From positions 33,927 to 97,926 of IMG/VR virus record IMGVR_UViG_3300035698_007208: DNA of 64,000 nt; one strand, 5' to 3'. Of the stretch, positions 49,228 to 58,026 are shown one piece after another (positions within the stretch are counted from its first letter, which is position 1; each line of letters begins with the position of its first letter). A model generated the notes under the pieces. That model saw only the letters and a list, made by a program, of their open reading frames with translations, was not told where the DNA came from and ran no database searches. This DNA comes from a virus. Position numbers and translations under genes: made by a program.

Positions 49228-49842
49228 CTACTTAATAGGCAGGTCAGTAGTTCCGAGCATGACCTTAAATGATAATTTACCACCTAAATCACGCACATAC
49301 CCGTAATCAAGCAAATGCGGCCAATTCGCTATGGTCCGCACAGCATCATCTGGCCATTGTTCTTTTGGAAGTTCAATGAGCGGTGTTAATTTTTTTCCTG
49401 GCGATATTTTGGACGCTTCGCTAGGAAACATTATATTTGGCTCTAATTGCACCCAAGGAACAGATTTCATTACCATTCCCAAAGCAGCTTTGCTCTTTTC
49501 GCTGTATGCTCGTTTCGTCTCTGCAGGCAGTGCATTTCGTAATGCTGTCTTAGCGTACATCGATCCATCAGTGCCCATCGCAACAGACTTTCGGCCGTTT
49601 TTGTCCTTATATATTATTACAGCACGAACACCGTCTTCGTTTCTTAATATTTTCCAGAATGGTAGGCTAATTATCTCCTCTTTGTTAGCAAATCCTTTCC
49701 CTTTAATACCACCAATGGCTGCATACGACGATCGGAGTATATCCCATACTTCGTCTGCATATTTTTGCTTAATAGCCATTGCTTCGGGAGTATTGCCCAC
49801 TGCATTGATGAATCGTTCGTTTATAATTTCGGTGTATCGCAT
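49228..49842 (-). CDS. Hypothetical protein, possibly head-packaged
   Basis: Start placed at ATG 49842 (MRYTEIINERF), 5 nt after ATAAATA 49848-49854; VWDIL..SY..IGG, YKD..GRK, Y.R.LGG. Confidence 0.7.
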   Translation of the reverse strand: MRYTEIINERFINAVGNTPEAMAIKQKYADEVWDILRSSYAAIGGIKGKGFANKEEIISLPFWKILRNEDGVRAVIIYKDKNGRKSVAMGTDGSMYAKTALRNALPAETKRAYSEKSKAALGMVMKSVPWVQLEPNIMFPSEASKISPGKKLTPLIELPKEQWPDDAVRTIANWPHLLDYGYVRDLGGKLSFKVMLGTTDLPIK

Positions 49843-49934
49843 ATAACTATTTATCAATCCATATCCCATTTGATTCCTTTATGTCGTTTTGTAGCAACAT
49901 CATCGTAGAAATCAAAGTCCTCGTATTCATGCTG

Positions 49935-50120
49935 TTATTCAGGTAAGGCAACTTTACCATTCGATAACATTTCTACACATTTCCGAAATTCTAATGTTCT
50001 CGGGGTAAGGTTATATTCTGTTTCACATCGCTGCCCAAACGTATTCCCGGTAGCAAATTGTGCGACTATAACTACTACACTAAATACGACAGCACATAAT
50101 AAAAATGATCTTAAGTTCAT
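49935..50120 (-). CDS. Small membrane/secreted protein
   Basis: N-terminal hydrophobic segment, TFGQRC. Confidence 0.55.
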   Translation of the reverse strand: MNLRSFLLCAVVFSVVVIVAQFATGNTFGQRCETEYNLTPRTLEFRKCVEMLSNGKVALPE

Positions 50121-50275
50121 AATTTAACTCTTTTTCTTGTTTGGTGGTTTGGGTAAATTTGTTAATGTCTTATTGTAATTTGGGTTATGGTACTTCTTTC
50201 CATTAGCCCAAATATATTCATTTCGGTCAGATAACATTGCTTTTTCAGAGACTGATCCTCGACCTCGTAGAAATT

Positions 50276-50455
50276 TCATAATGTTTTGTTCTCTTCTCTA
50301 TACGCCTTCAAATATCCCTTGCCACAGTATTCGTCTACGCTGTGCTCGCATATTACAATTATATGTTTTCTCTCCAATGTATCTGGAACTGATGCCTTTA
50401 GCCAATCAATGTCTTCTTCGACTAACCTAGCATATGCGTGTTTATTTAGTGGCAT
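50276..50455 (-). CDS. 59-aa hypothetical protein (not in ORF track)
   Basis: SD AAGGA; MPLNKHAYARLVEEDIDWLK..TLERKHI. Confidence 0.6.
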   Translation of the reverse strand: MPLNKHAYARLVEEDIDWLKASVPDTLERKHIIVICEHSVDEYCGKGYLKAYREENKTL

Positions 50456-50478
50456 TGTTATATTCTTGTTCCTTATAG

Positions 50479-50673
50479 TTATGATTCGCTATTAAAGCCA
50501 CCACCGTCTGCTATAACAACAGTGTCTTCTTTCTTAGTCGCAACAAATGCAGATGGTAATGGTGAGACAGTTTCTAAAACACTGCACAAATAATCAACAT
50601 CAAGTGCTACTTTCTTTACATTTTTAGCTTGCAAATTCCTAACATGCATTACAAGTTTTTGAAAATCATTCAT
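50479..50673 (-). CDS. Hypothetical protein
   Basis: SD AAGGA; C-terminal DGGGF. Confidence 0.6.
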   Translation of the reverse strand: MNDFQKLVMHVRNLQAKNVKKVALDVDYLCSVLETVSPLPSAFVATKKEDTVVIADGGGFNSES

Positions 50674-50867
50674 GTTATTCCTTTTGGTGTAGGCGATGTA
50701 CGAACAACAGATGCTGGATGTCTACACCGTGCGCAACTCCCATTATTATAAAATGCTTTATTTTCCACAATAAGCCACGTTACATTACATTTTTTACATT
50801 TGCTGGTTGTTGGGCTTTTATGTTAGTCACTGTTGTCTTTTCCAAATGTTGGTTGAATTATTGTTTG

Positions 50868-51371
50868 TTATACTCTTGCCTTGTTTAATTGTTTCATAAC
50901 AATTCTACAGTCAAGTTCAGTCTTGTATGGGCCGTTATAACCATATTTTAATAAAGTTGCCAGTTTGGGACTGTGAGAATGCTTCCATCCTTTTGCAAAA
51001 TCAATACAATACCAACCAGCAGCATAATAAACATCACTATTTGTTGTTTTTAAATACAAAGGTAATTCTTCAATATAATTAGGATCGTTTTCATCTACTG
51101 GAATAGGGTCGTCATATTCTACTAAATGGCCTTTTATAAAAAAACTATCTGGTGCAGAAAGTGGTTTAGTAATTTGGTCATCAAATAATGTAATATTGCC
51201 AAAATGCTCTGACACTTCCTTATCACTAGCAAATACTTCCATATGGAACCCGCTAATAAAGGTAAAATGATCTTGTACATCTTTATTTAAAATTCCAATA
51301 TTTTTATCACCTTGTCTAACCAACCAAGCAACATCTGAAATTTGTTGTAATTTTGTTTTTAAATCTACCAT
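50868..51371 (-). CDS. Conserved jumbo-phage hypothetical protein
   Basis: LPLY.K...S..YYAAGWY..W....PKL..L..Y.Y.GPYKT. Confidence 0.7.
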   Translation of the reverse strand: MVDLKTKLQQISDVAWLVRQGDKNIGILNKDVQDHFTFISGFHMEVFASDKEVSEHFGNITLFDDQITKPLSAPDSFFIKGHLVEYDDPIPVDENDPNYIEELPLYLKTTNSDVYYAAGWYCIDFAKGWKHSHSPKLATLLKYGYNGPYKTELDCRIVMKQLNKARV

Positions 51372-51682
51372 TTTGTATTATCCTCGTCTAACATACCAGC
51401 AGCTCTTGAATACTCCAAGTACTCTAGCACTTTGGCTTTTTTAGCTTCGCCTATTTCGTAAGCATCTTCAGGTATTACTAATACACCGGCCTCTACTAAC
51501 ATATTACGAACGGCCAACGCTTCAATAAACTCTCTTGATATTAATGAAGCATTTGATTGTTTATTTGGATCACCAGGGTAATAGTCCTGCGCTCCAAAGC
51601 GCAAAGCCTTACTGACCTCTTTCGCCACTTCTGCACACTCTTCTGCTAGAATATCCAGCAAGTGTTGGTTTTTATTTAACAT
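51365..51682 (-). CDS. MazG-like helical NTP-pyrophosphatase-fold protein
   Basis: LAEECAEVAKEVSKALRFG. Confidence 0.6.
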   Translation of the reverse strand: MLNKNQHLLDILAEECAEVAKEVSKALRFGAQDYYPGDPNKQSNASLISREFIEALAVRNMLVEAGVLVIPEDAYEIGEAKKAKVLEYLEYSRAAGMLDEDNTKW

Positions 51683-51825
51683 TGATGTTTTCCTCTTATT
51701 ATGTATTCTTTATTATTGATTATAACTGATTGTGGCCTATTTAATGTCATAAAATTAAATAATGCTCTTTTCCCAGCAGTGCAACCTTGTAACTTTTTAG
51801 CCAACTTACCTTTTAATGCTTGCAT
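51676..51825 (-). CDS. Small hypothetical protein
   Basis: TAATG-coupled to the rnh stop. Confidence 0.45.
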   Translation of the reverse strand: MQALKGKLAKKLQGCTAGKRALFNFMTLNRPQSVIINNKEYIIRGKHQC

Positions 51826-52823
51826 TATATAATCTTTGCATTTAAGAATACAGTGTAATCGTTTGGACGGTCGCTTATTTTTTGTAAATCCCACAATCCA
51901 CAAAATTTCATAAAGTGAATGCCAACCTGCCCTACTGGTTCTTTTTCTTTTGCAGCAGCTAATACTCTTTGTGACTCTTCTTTAATATCATCTGGTTGGC
52001 GTGTTAAGTCAATCAATATTGAATTACGCTCAAAATCATCACGTACACGGTGCTCTTTTTCGTTATGATCTACCCACCGTTGTAACATAAAATTATTATA
52101 AGCATAGCCACCACGCTGTCGATCAGAAAATGCTTCTTGCATTCCTGTTTTAGTTTTTGTTCCTTTTACTCTAGCACCTGGATATGAAGGGAATACATTA
52201 TCACTTTTGTCACCCCGGACACATTTTTCAAATAATAACCATTCCGGGTCAGGCAATACTTTAGGCTCTTTAGTTTTAGGGTCAAGAATGCGCTTTCCAC
52301 TCTTTGCATCAACAAAGCCTTCTAAGCTAATAATTTGCTCAGCCACACCATTGTATTGCTTAACGTTAGGGGCCATTAACTGATAAAAGTCACTATCGCT
52401 ACTAATGATAACATGCTCATCGTTAGGGTGAGATTGTATCCAGGTAGCAATTAAATCATCAGCTTCTGCATTACGTTGTTGTAAAACAGTACAATTAGTT
52501 TTGTTCTCAATAAACTCAAAAAAGCTGTTAAACGCTTCGAAAAATAATTCATCATCTTCCTGTTCTCTAACAGATCTTTGTTCTCTAAGTACTGCCCGAT
52601 TGGCCTTGTATGGTTCGTAAAAGTCTTTCCTCCAAGAGCGTCCCTCTAAGCAACATATTACATGAGATCCATCAAAGTCATTCCAGGCTTTTTTAATTGA
52701 AGCGAACATAATATGCATTGCCATTCCAATCTTCATATCCATGTCATTGCCACGAGCAACGTGCTTTGCGCGAAAAAACATATTCATCGAGTCGACGAGT
52801 ATGTACGTATTTTTATCTGGCAT
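51825..52823 (-). CDS. rnh: T4 RNase H-like 5'-3' exonuclease
   Basis: LVDSMN, WRK....YKANR, EADD, SSDSDF.QL, GDKSDNV, N..LIDL. Confidence 0.9.
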   Translation of the reverse strand: MPDKNTYILVDSMNMFFRAKHVARGNDMDMKIGMAMHIMFASIKKAWNDFDGSHVICCLEGRSWRKDFYEPYKANRAVLREQRSVREQEDDELFFEAFNSFFEFIENKTNCTVLQQRNAEADDLIATWIQSHPNDEHVIISSDSDFYQLMAPNVKQYNGVAEQIISLEGFVDAKSGKRILDPKTKEPKVLPDPEWLLFEKCVRGDKSDNVFPSYPGARVKGTKTKTGMQEAFSDRQRGGYAYNNFMLQRWVDHNEKEHRVRDDFERNSILIDLTRQPDDIKEESQRVLAAAKEKEPVGQVGIHFMKFCGLWDLQKISDRPNDYTVFLNAKII

Positions 52824-52866
52824 CTGTTTTCCTATTTATTATTATTATTTTTATTGTTGTTTCACT

Positions 52867-52894
52867 ATTATACACTATTATTTTGGTTTGTCAA
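52867..52894 (-). promoter_or_regulatory. Sigma70-type promoter
   Basis: TTGACA-16-TATAAT with extended TG. Confidence 0.8.
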
Positions 52895-52896
52895 TC

Positions 52897-52922
52897 ACAA
52901 AAATGGGACCTTAGGTCCCATT
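52897..52922 (-). terminator. Rho-independent terminator after nadV
   Basis: AATGGGACC-TAA-GGTCCCATT-TTT. Confidence 0.85.
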
Positions 52923-52946
52923 CTGTTAGTTGCAACTTATTACTAA

Positions 52947-54470
52947 TTAACCAACGGCTGATCTTAATTGCACATGGGCTTGAATTAATGCTGCTTCTCG
53001 CGCCGCACCGTCTTCAGTACGTCCCCGGACTTCAGCAAGCGTAGTTTCATTAAACAATCTTCCATTGTGATAAAGAAGTTCCATGGCGTCCTCGAACCCT
53101 TCTGGAATTGGACCTTGGTCCAATCGACCAGTAACCAGTTCACCTGTTTCTAAGTTGCGCAGTAACGTCATTACGCCTTCTTTGGACTTTTTGCCACTAT
53201 CAGTAATTGGGTCTTTAGCAATACCAATCCATTCACCATCCATCAATATACAAGATGCCTTCTGTGCAAACTTTAGCGTGTCTCGATTAACTTTTTGTAA
53301 CAATGCACCACCTGATCCAAATATTACAACATCTGCACTGTAATTTAACACACCTGTAACTTTACCAAGCAACGATTCTAATGAGCGTGAGTCAATACCG
53401 TCACCTTGGATAACACCAACGTAGTTAATAGACTTAAAGCCCTTAGCAGTCATTGTGAATCCAAACGCCTCTTCTTGCATTTTAAGAAGCCTAGGAACAA
53501 CAACCATCATGTCACCCGAGTCTGGACGAAATACTACCTTGCATCCTGATGCAATAATTTGGTCTTTAAATTCTGTACATAGCAATTCGGCTTCTCGGTA
53601 CACATCATAACCGTCAATGACAATACTAATAATTGTATTAGGCAGTGCGTTGGATAATACCTTAGTTAAGTATGCTCTTGCACCTTCAATGTCTCCACCA
53701 AATGAGCACTCAATGGAGTGTTCAGTTGCAAATACACTAAATGCTGCCATTGGTTCTTTATAGTAAAAATTCGATGTTAATGTTCCTTCAATGTTGTCGG
53801 AACCCATGAAGTTTACTGTGTGCGATGCTCCACCAATCTCAGCTTGTTCTGCACACGAAACACCTCGGCCACCAAAATCATGCAATGCGAAGGGAAGCAA
53901 GTCCATATTGGCACCTGTTCTTTCGTAAAATCCTTTAATTATTTTCTTTACTTCATACCCCTGTGTCGCAATAGTAGTTGGATACCAAACGCCACGCTGG
54001 ATAATAGTCTCAAAGCCAGCAGACATCCAGGCTAAGTCTTCATCAATAACGGTAATGTTGTATATAGGCTGGCTTCCATTCATTACTGTGCCTTCTGGAA
54101 CAGCGCGAATCATTAGTGGCATCGCACCACCATATACCTCAACTACCTTTACCCACGCTTTTCTATCAAATAGTTTCCGACCAAAGTGTGCAATAGCAAA
54201 TTCTTCAGCAGCATCAATATCTGCATGTGTAATTCTCATTGTGCCGTAACGTTTTAGAAATAATTGCATACCAAATGGCACAATTGTTTCTCTTGAGTCT
54301 ATGCGCGATTCACCGTATGATGACATACCGCCAATTCCATCCTTATATGCAAACGGGTGGCTAAATTTATAGCTATCCATTCTGCAAATTAGTGATATGG
54401 CCAACTGATCGTCTTGCACGTATTCATTGTCTGTGTCTTTTGGTTCAAACGCCTTCATTATATCTGTCAT
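52947..54470 (-). CDS. nadV: Nicotinamide phosphoribosyltransferase (NAMPT)
   Basis: DSYKFSH, VPEG, WYPTTIAT, LHDFGGRG, ATEHS, RPDSGD, QGDG, FGSGGALLQKVNRDT, KDPITD.GKKSK.G. Confidence 0.93.
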   Translation of the reverse strand: MTDIMKAFEPKDTDNEYVQDDQLAISLICRMDSYKFSHPFAYKDGIGGMSSYGESRIDSRETIVPFGMQLFLKRYGTMRITHADIDAAEEFAIAHFGRKLFDRKAWVKVVEVYGGAMPLMIRAVPEGTVMNGSQPIYNITVIDEDLAWMSAGFETIIQRGVWYPTTIATQGYEVKKIIKGFYERTGANMDLLPFALHDFGGRGVSCAEQAEIGGASHTVNFMGSDNIEGTLTSNFYYKEPMAAFSVFATEHSIECSFGGDIEGARAYLTKVLSNALPNTIISIVIDGYDVYREAELLCTEFKDQIIASGCKVVFRPDSGDMMVVVPRLLKMQEEAFGFTMTAKGFKSINYVGVIQGDGIDSRSLESLLGKVTGVLNYSADVVIFGSGGALLQKVNRDTLKFAQKASCILMDGEWIGIAKDPITDSGKKSKEGVMTLLRNLETGELVTGRLDQGPIPEGFEDAMELLYHNGRLFNETTLAEVRGRTEDGAAREAALIQAHVQLRSAVG

Positions 54471-54512
54471 CTTAAAACTCCTTTAAGTTAATGCCTTAGG
54501 TATATCCTTAGG
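54471..54512 (-). promoter_or_regulatory. Two-hairpin leader element (ATATA-loop hairpin + SD-sequestering hairpin)
   Basis: CCTAAGG-ATATA-CCTAAGG (one mismatch), CATTAA, CTTAAAG-GAG-TTTTAAG, ATG. Confidence 0.6.
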
Positions 54513-54517
54513 ACTTG

Positions 54518-54937
54518 TTAAACATCTAATGCTATTTTTTCTTCTTCAGTTAATTTTGCAAGACCAGACTTCTTTAATATGTTTCTTTCTCTAGTCTGGA
54601 CTTCATTTTTTTCACGCAATAAGTCTGCTACTTGATGTTTTTGCCACCAATCAGCAAGCTTTCTTGCTTCTGGATTTCGACCATCGTAAATAAGTTTATT
54701 TCCTTCATCAGTGCCTTCTAACTGCTTGAGCCAACTACACAAATGATCAGTCATTTTGTCTAATTCTTTAACCATACCATAAGTGTCATTTATCGCTACT
54801 TGTATAGCTTGTGTATTGTATCGTTCATGAGGCCGATTAGTTGTGCCCGAGCATTGCAAATAATTTATATGTTTTGCTACACGTATACTTTCTTTTTCTT
54901 TGGCAGTTGGTTCCATGTAATCATTTCTGCATCCCAT
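54518..54937 (-). CDS. Hypothetical protein
   Basis: MGCRNDYMEP..LC..WW..HQ.AD; C-terminal LAKLT.EE..AL; SD GGAG. Confidence 0.7.
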   Translation of the reverse strand: MGCRNDYMEPTAKEKESIRVAKHINYLQCSGTTNRPHERYNTQAIQVAINDTYGMVKELDKMTDHLCSWLKQLEGTDEGNKLIYDGRNPEARKLADWWQKHQVADLLREKNEVQTRERNILKKSGLAKLTEEEKIALDV

Positions 54938-55002
54938 TATGCTTTCTCCAATAAATCAATGTTAATTGTTGTGTTCACGTTATTACTAATTTTTAATGCA
55001 TT

Positions 55003-55042
55003 TATTATAACACTTGATGTAACATAGTCAAGTGTTATAATA
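55003..55042. promoter_or_regulatory. 15-bp perfect inverted repeat containing a sigma70 promoter
   Basis: TATTATAACACTTGA-N10-TCAAGTGTTATAATA; - strand TTGACT-16-TATAAT. Confidence 0.7.
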
Positions 55043-55048
55043 TCAATA

Positions 55049-56170
55049 TTAGTCCTGTCCGTTCTCACCGGTAAAGTATGATAAGATTTCAAAGTGATCC
55101 TCAAAGCAGTCTTCTGAGTTAACATCAGCAATAGGTATCCATTGTGCTTTTTCTGCATCATCACTTCCTTTTACTTTAGGCAACTCTGTACCGTTAGGTA
55201 GTTCGATGTAAAAAGCATGTGTAATAGTGCGCCCTCTAGCAGAACGATCAATTGCATCAAATACTTTATCTTTTGTAATATTGCCTACTAGTACTGGTGT
55301 TGGTACTTTAAGTTTAGTTTCTTCTCTAAGTTCTCTAATAGCTGCATCTTGTACGGATCGATCAGTGCTTGCATTTACAAAGCCACCTGGAAAAGCCCAT
55401 AATCCTTTACCTGGGTAAGCCCGCCGCTTAATAAGCAATACATGTGCATTTTGCGTAACAACTGCATCAGCGGTAGAGAATATAACGTCATATGGTAAGC
55501 TTGCGTAAGGCTTCTTATAATTGCTAGTAAATTCTTTTTCAGCCATAACTGTCTCAAACCCTTCTGAATTTCTCCATTCGGCCAAGTATTTAATGATTGC
55601 TGGCGGCACAACCCCTGTAAGGAAGTTAAGATTTGCATTCCTTTGGAAATACAAAGCCCTAATATCTGTCGCGTCTAATACTTCCATTAATTGGTGATCA
55701 AGTCTATCCCACTGTGGAAACATATCTAAGTAAAAAGTAGAAGGGTCTTGGCTTTTTTTATGCCCTACTACCACAACCTTAGCTGTACTACTTTGCTTAT
55801 TTAATACTTCGTTTACAATATTATGAGTTCGAATTAACCAAGCACCGTCTGTGTAACGGGTGTCTACATTGCTTCTAAAAACAATACAGTCCATGTTAAC
55901 ACCGCGCTCTTGTAATGCAAGAGTAATCATTTCTTCTCGTTCAACTACATTCCAGGGATTTTTGTATACCCGGGGCTGGTATGCAGATCCAAATATGATA
56001 AGAACTTTTTTTGCAACTTTAAGTGCATCAATTACGGTTTGAATGTGTGCATTATGCCCGCACTGAAATCTTCCAATAAAAACGGCTAAATCATGGGTTA
56101 GTACATAACCTGGATCGTGATCAGACCAGCTTGAAGTTTTGGTTACACTTGGTATTGTTATATTACTCAT
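55049..56170 (-). CDS. nadM: Bifunctional NMN adenylyltransferase / Nudix ADP-ribose pyrophosphatase (NadM-Nudix, NatV-like)
   Basis: FIGRFQ..HNAH, GS, NPW...ER, YLDMFPQW, DATDIR; Nudix box GG..AAIRELREET; RGRTITHA, SDDA. Confidence 0.92.
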   Translation of the reverse strand: MSNITIPSVTKTSSWSDHDPGYVLTHDLAVFIGRFQCGHNAHIQTVIDALKVAKKVLIIFGSAYQPRVYKNPWNVVEREEMITLALQERGVNMDCIVFRSNVDTRYTDGAWLIRTHNIVNEVLNKQSSTAKVVVVGHKKSQDPSTFYLDMFPQWDRLDHQLMEVLDATDIRALYFQRNANLNFLTGVVPPAIIKYLAEWRNSEGFETVMAEKEFTSNYKKPYASLPYDVIFSTADAVVTQNAHVLLIKRRAYPGKGLWAFPGGFVNASTDRSVQDAAIRELREETKLKVPTPVLVGNITKDKVFDAIDRSARGRTITHAFYIELPNGTELPKVKGSDDAEKAQWIPIADVNSEDCFEDHFEILSYFTGENGQD

Positions 56171-56499
56171 GTTACGTCTCCCTTTATTAGTTCGTAAATT
56201 TCAATAGCGCGATGAGGTGCAATTCCTTCAAAATTGCAATGGTCTATAATTTGGTCAGCTTTTTTTAGCCACGTGGTGTGTGCATACTGATTCCATTGTG
56301 GTTTTGCATCTTTGAATTCATAATCCCACCCGCATTCATCCACGTGGTTCCATTTACACAAGAGTTTATGTAATTTTTCTGCAAGTTGTCTATTAGGTGC
56401 TTGTAACTTTGATTCTGTAAGGGCAATTCTTGCAATAGAGAGTTTATGTTGTAGCTCCGCTATTTCTTTAGTAAGATCTAATGCTGTTTTGTATGACAT
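56167..56499 (-). CDS. Hypothetical protein
   Basis: LH..LC.WNH.D.CGW.YE putative metal-binding motif; ATGA-coupled to nadM. Confidence 0.65.
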   Translation of the reverse strand: MSYKTALDLTKEIAELQHKLSIARIALTESKLQAPNRQLAEKLHKLLCKWNHVDECGWDYEFKDAKPQWNQYAHTTWLKKADQIIDHCNFEGIAPHRAIEIYELIKGDVT

Positions 56500-56560
56500 T
56501 TCATAGCTCCTATGAAATAATTAATGTTAGTAAGAGTCTATCTCTTACATGTTTATTTAT
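56498..56560 (-). promoter_or_regulatory. ATAAATA promoter followed by a two-hairpin leader (ATAGA-loop hairpin + SD-sequestering hairpin)
   Basis: ATAAATA 56554-56560; GTAAGAG-ATAGA-CTCTTAC; CATTAA; ATTTCATAG-GAG-CTATGAAAT overlapping the ATG. Confidence 0.65.
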
Positions 56561-56572
56561 CGCGTTAAGTAT

Positions 56573-56830
56573 TTAAGACGATAACTTCTTGACTGCAATT
56601 GCTGATGTCATTTCATCACCAATTACGATTAAGTCTTTGCAAAATTTAAGTACATCGCCTGTCATTTTTGTTTGACGCGTTGTTCGTCTTCCAGTGTCAT
56701 ATATTATATAGGCTTTTTTTGGAGTAAGTCTAGTTACTTTGCCCCAAGCTAATGATTTATAACGCAAACAGTAGAATAACACGCCGTCTCCTACCTTTAT
56801 TTCTTGATCTAAAAAGTCTAACGTTGACAT
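56573..56830 (-). CDS. Small SH3/KOW-like protein
   Basis: DFLDQEIKVGD.V...WG.V.RLTPK; paralogue of the distal domain of 56830. Confidence 0.6.
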   Translation of the reverse strand: MSTLDFLDQEIKVGDGVLFYCLRYKSLAWGKVTRLTPKKAYIIYDTGRRTTRQTKMTGDVLKFCKDLIVIGDEMTSAIAVKKLSS

Positions 56831-57216
56831 TATGTGTTACCTAAAAGACGCTGCTGCGCCAACATGATTGCTTGTTCTTGACTAAGCAAAATAATTTCCG
56901 TTTGTAAACGACTGCATTCGCTAGCATTATTTCTACCATACATTATTCTAACCATCTTAGGATTAATTTTTTTAATATAACCCCATTTTAATTCTTTAAT
57001 GTGCGGTGGCATGAATACTACACGTTGCCCAACTTCAAGTTCTTGTCCTAAAAAATCTACTGCTATTTTTTTTTTCCATAACGCAACTTCTTTATAAATT
57101 TTTTTAATTTGCTCAGTGCATTTACCGCAAGATTTCCCTACAGGGCACGTATTTCCTGACTGCGCAAGTAATTGTAAGGCAGTTTCATTAATATTATGGC
57201 AAACACAAATTATCAT
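56830..57216 (-). CDS. Bfd-like [2Fe-2S] domain joined through an A10 run to an SH3/KOW-like domain (probably two genes)
   Basis: MIICVC..CGKC; then DFLGQELEVGQRV..WG.IKKINPK. Confidence 0.7.
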   Translation of the reverse strand: MIICVCHNINETALQLLAQSGNTCPVGKSCGKCTEQIKKIYKEVALWKKKIAVDFLGQELEVGQRVVFMPPHIKELKWGYIKKINPKMVRIMYGRNNASECSRLQTEIILLSQEQAIMLAQQRLLGNT

Positions 57217-57222
57217 ATTGAT

Positions 57223-57250
57223 ATTATAACATAAGTAGCCATTGTGTCAA
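57223..57250 (-). promoter_or_regulatory. Sigma70-type promoter (leaderless)
   Basis: TTGACA-16-TATAAT, 6 nt before ATG 57216. Confidence 0.8.
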
Positions 57251-57260
57251 CCTATATTGT

Positions 57261-57506
57261 TTATAATCCATTATTAATTATGTCATCAAATGGACTATGG
57301 GTAATGTTTTTATCTCTTACAGTTTCAAAATCCCTAACTAAATCAAGCACTAAGTACTGTTTGAGATTGTTTAATATGTATGTAATTTCAGACGGTTCAA
57401 ACTCAGATAGTTCCTTATCAACTACTGGCTGTATTGCATTAACTAAATTAACTAGCCTCGTCTTCGTCCTGTGTTCTAGGCTTTGAGTTGGTGGTTTTGA
57501 TGACAT
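57261..57506 (-). CDS. Hypothetical protein
   Basis: SD GGGAG; 81 aa. Confidence 0.6.
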   Translation of the reverse strand: MSSKPPTQSLEHRTKTRLVNLVNAIQPVVDKELSEFEPSEITYILNNLKQYLVLDLVRDFETVRDKNITHSPFDDIINNGL

Positions 57507-57981
57507 CTTGTCTCCCTTCTGGTTCTTGTGTTAGTCCGTAATCTTGGTCTGCTTTTTCTTGTACTAATACAGTTCTGCACACGTCATTGAACCATGTGTT
57601 TACTATATCTTCATCATTTTTACCAGTATAGCCATGACCTTGTAACATAATAATAAAGTATTTATTCCAGTCAAATCCCATCGCTCCTTGGTTTGGGTGT
57701 TCAGTATCAACTTCTAATTCTGGCATACTAACCCATGGTTCTTCTTTTAAGTCTGCAATTAACTTATCATGTTCTTGTTTAGCAATATCACCAGCTTTAA
57801 GTTTACTTCCAATATTAATTACTTCACGGTCAAGATCAGTTTTTACTTCAAGCAATGCAAGTTCTCGAGCCAAATCAACACCGTCCCAATAATATGCTGC
57901 TTCCGCTTGTAATTTTATCTTACCAACCAGTCCCCAACTTGCAGGCATCCACTTAAATGGTAATAGTCTTTTAATTTTCAT
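57448..57981 (-). CDS. Conserved jumbo-phage hypothetical protein
   Basis: EPWV..G...FDWN..F...L...GY.G....IV..WF..VC; ATAAATA 58001-58007 plus SD GGAG. Confidence 0.7.
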   Translation of the reverse strand: MKIKRLLPFKWMPASWGLVGKIKLQAEAAYYWDGVDLARELALLEVKTDLDREVINIGSKLKAGDIAKQEHDKLIADLKEEPWVSMPELEVDTEHPNQGAMGFDWNKYFIIMLQGHGYTGKNDEDIVNTWFNDVCRTVLVQEKADQDYGLTQEPEGRQDVIKTTNSKPRTQDEDEAS

Positions 57982-58026
57982 TTCTTTCTCCGTTTTATAT
58001 TATTTATCATTAAAGCTATATATTAT

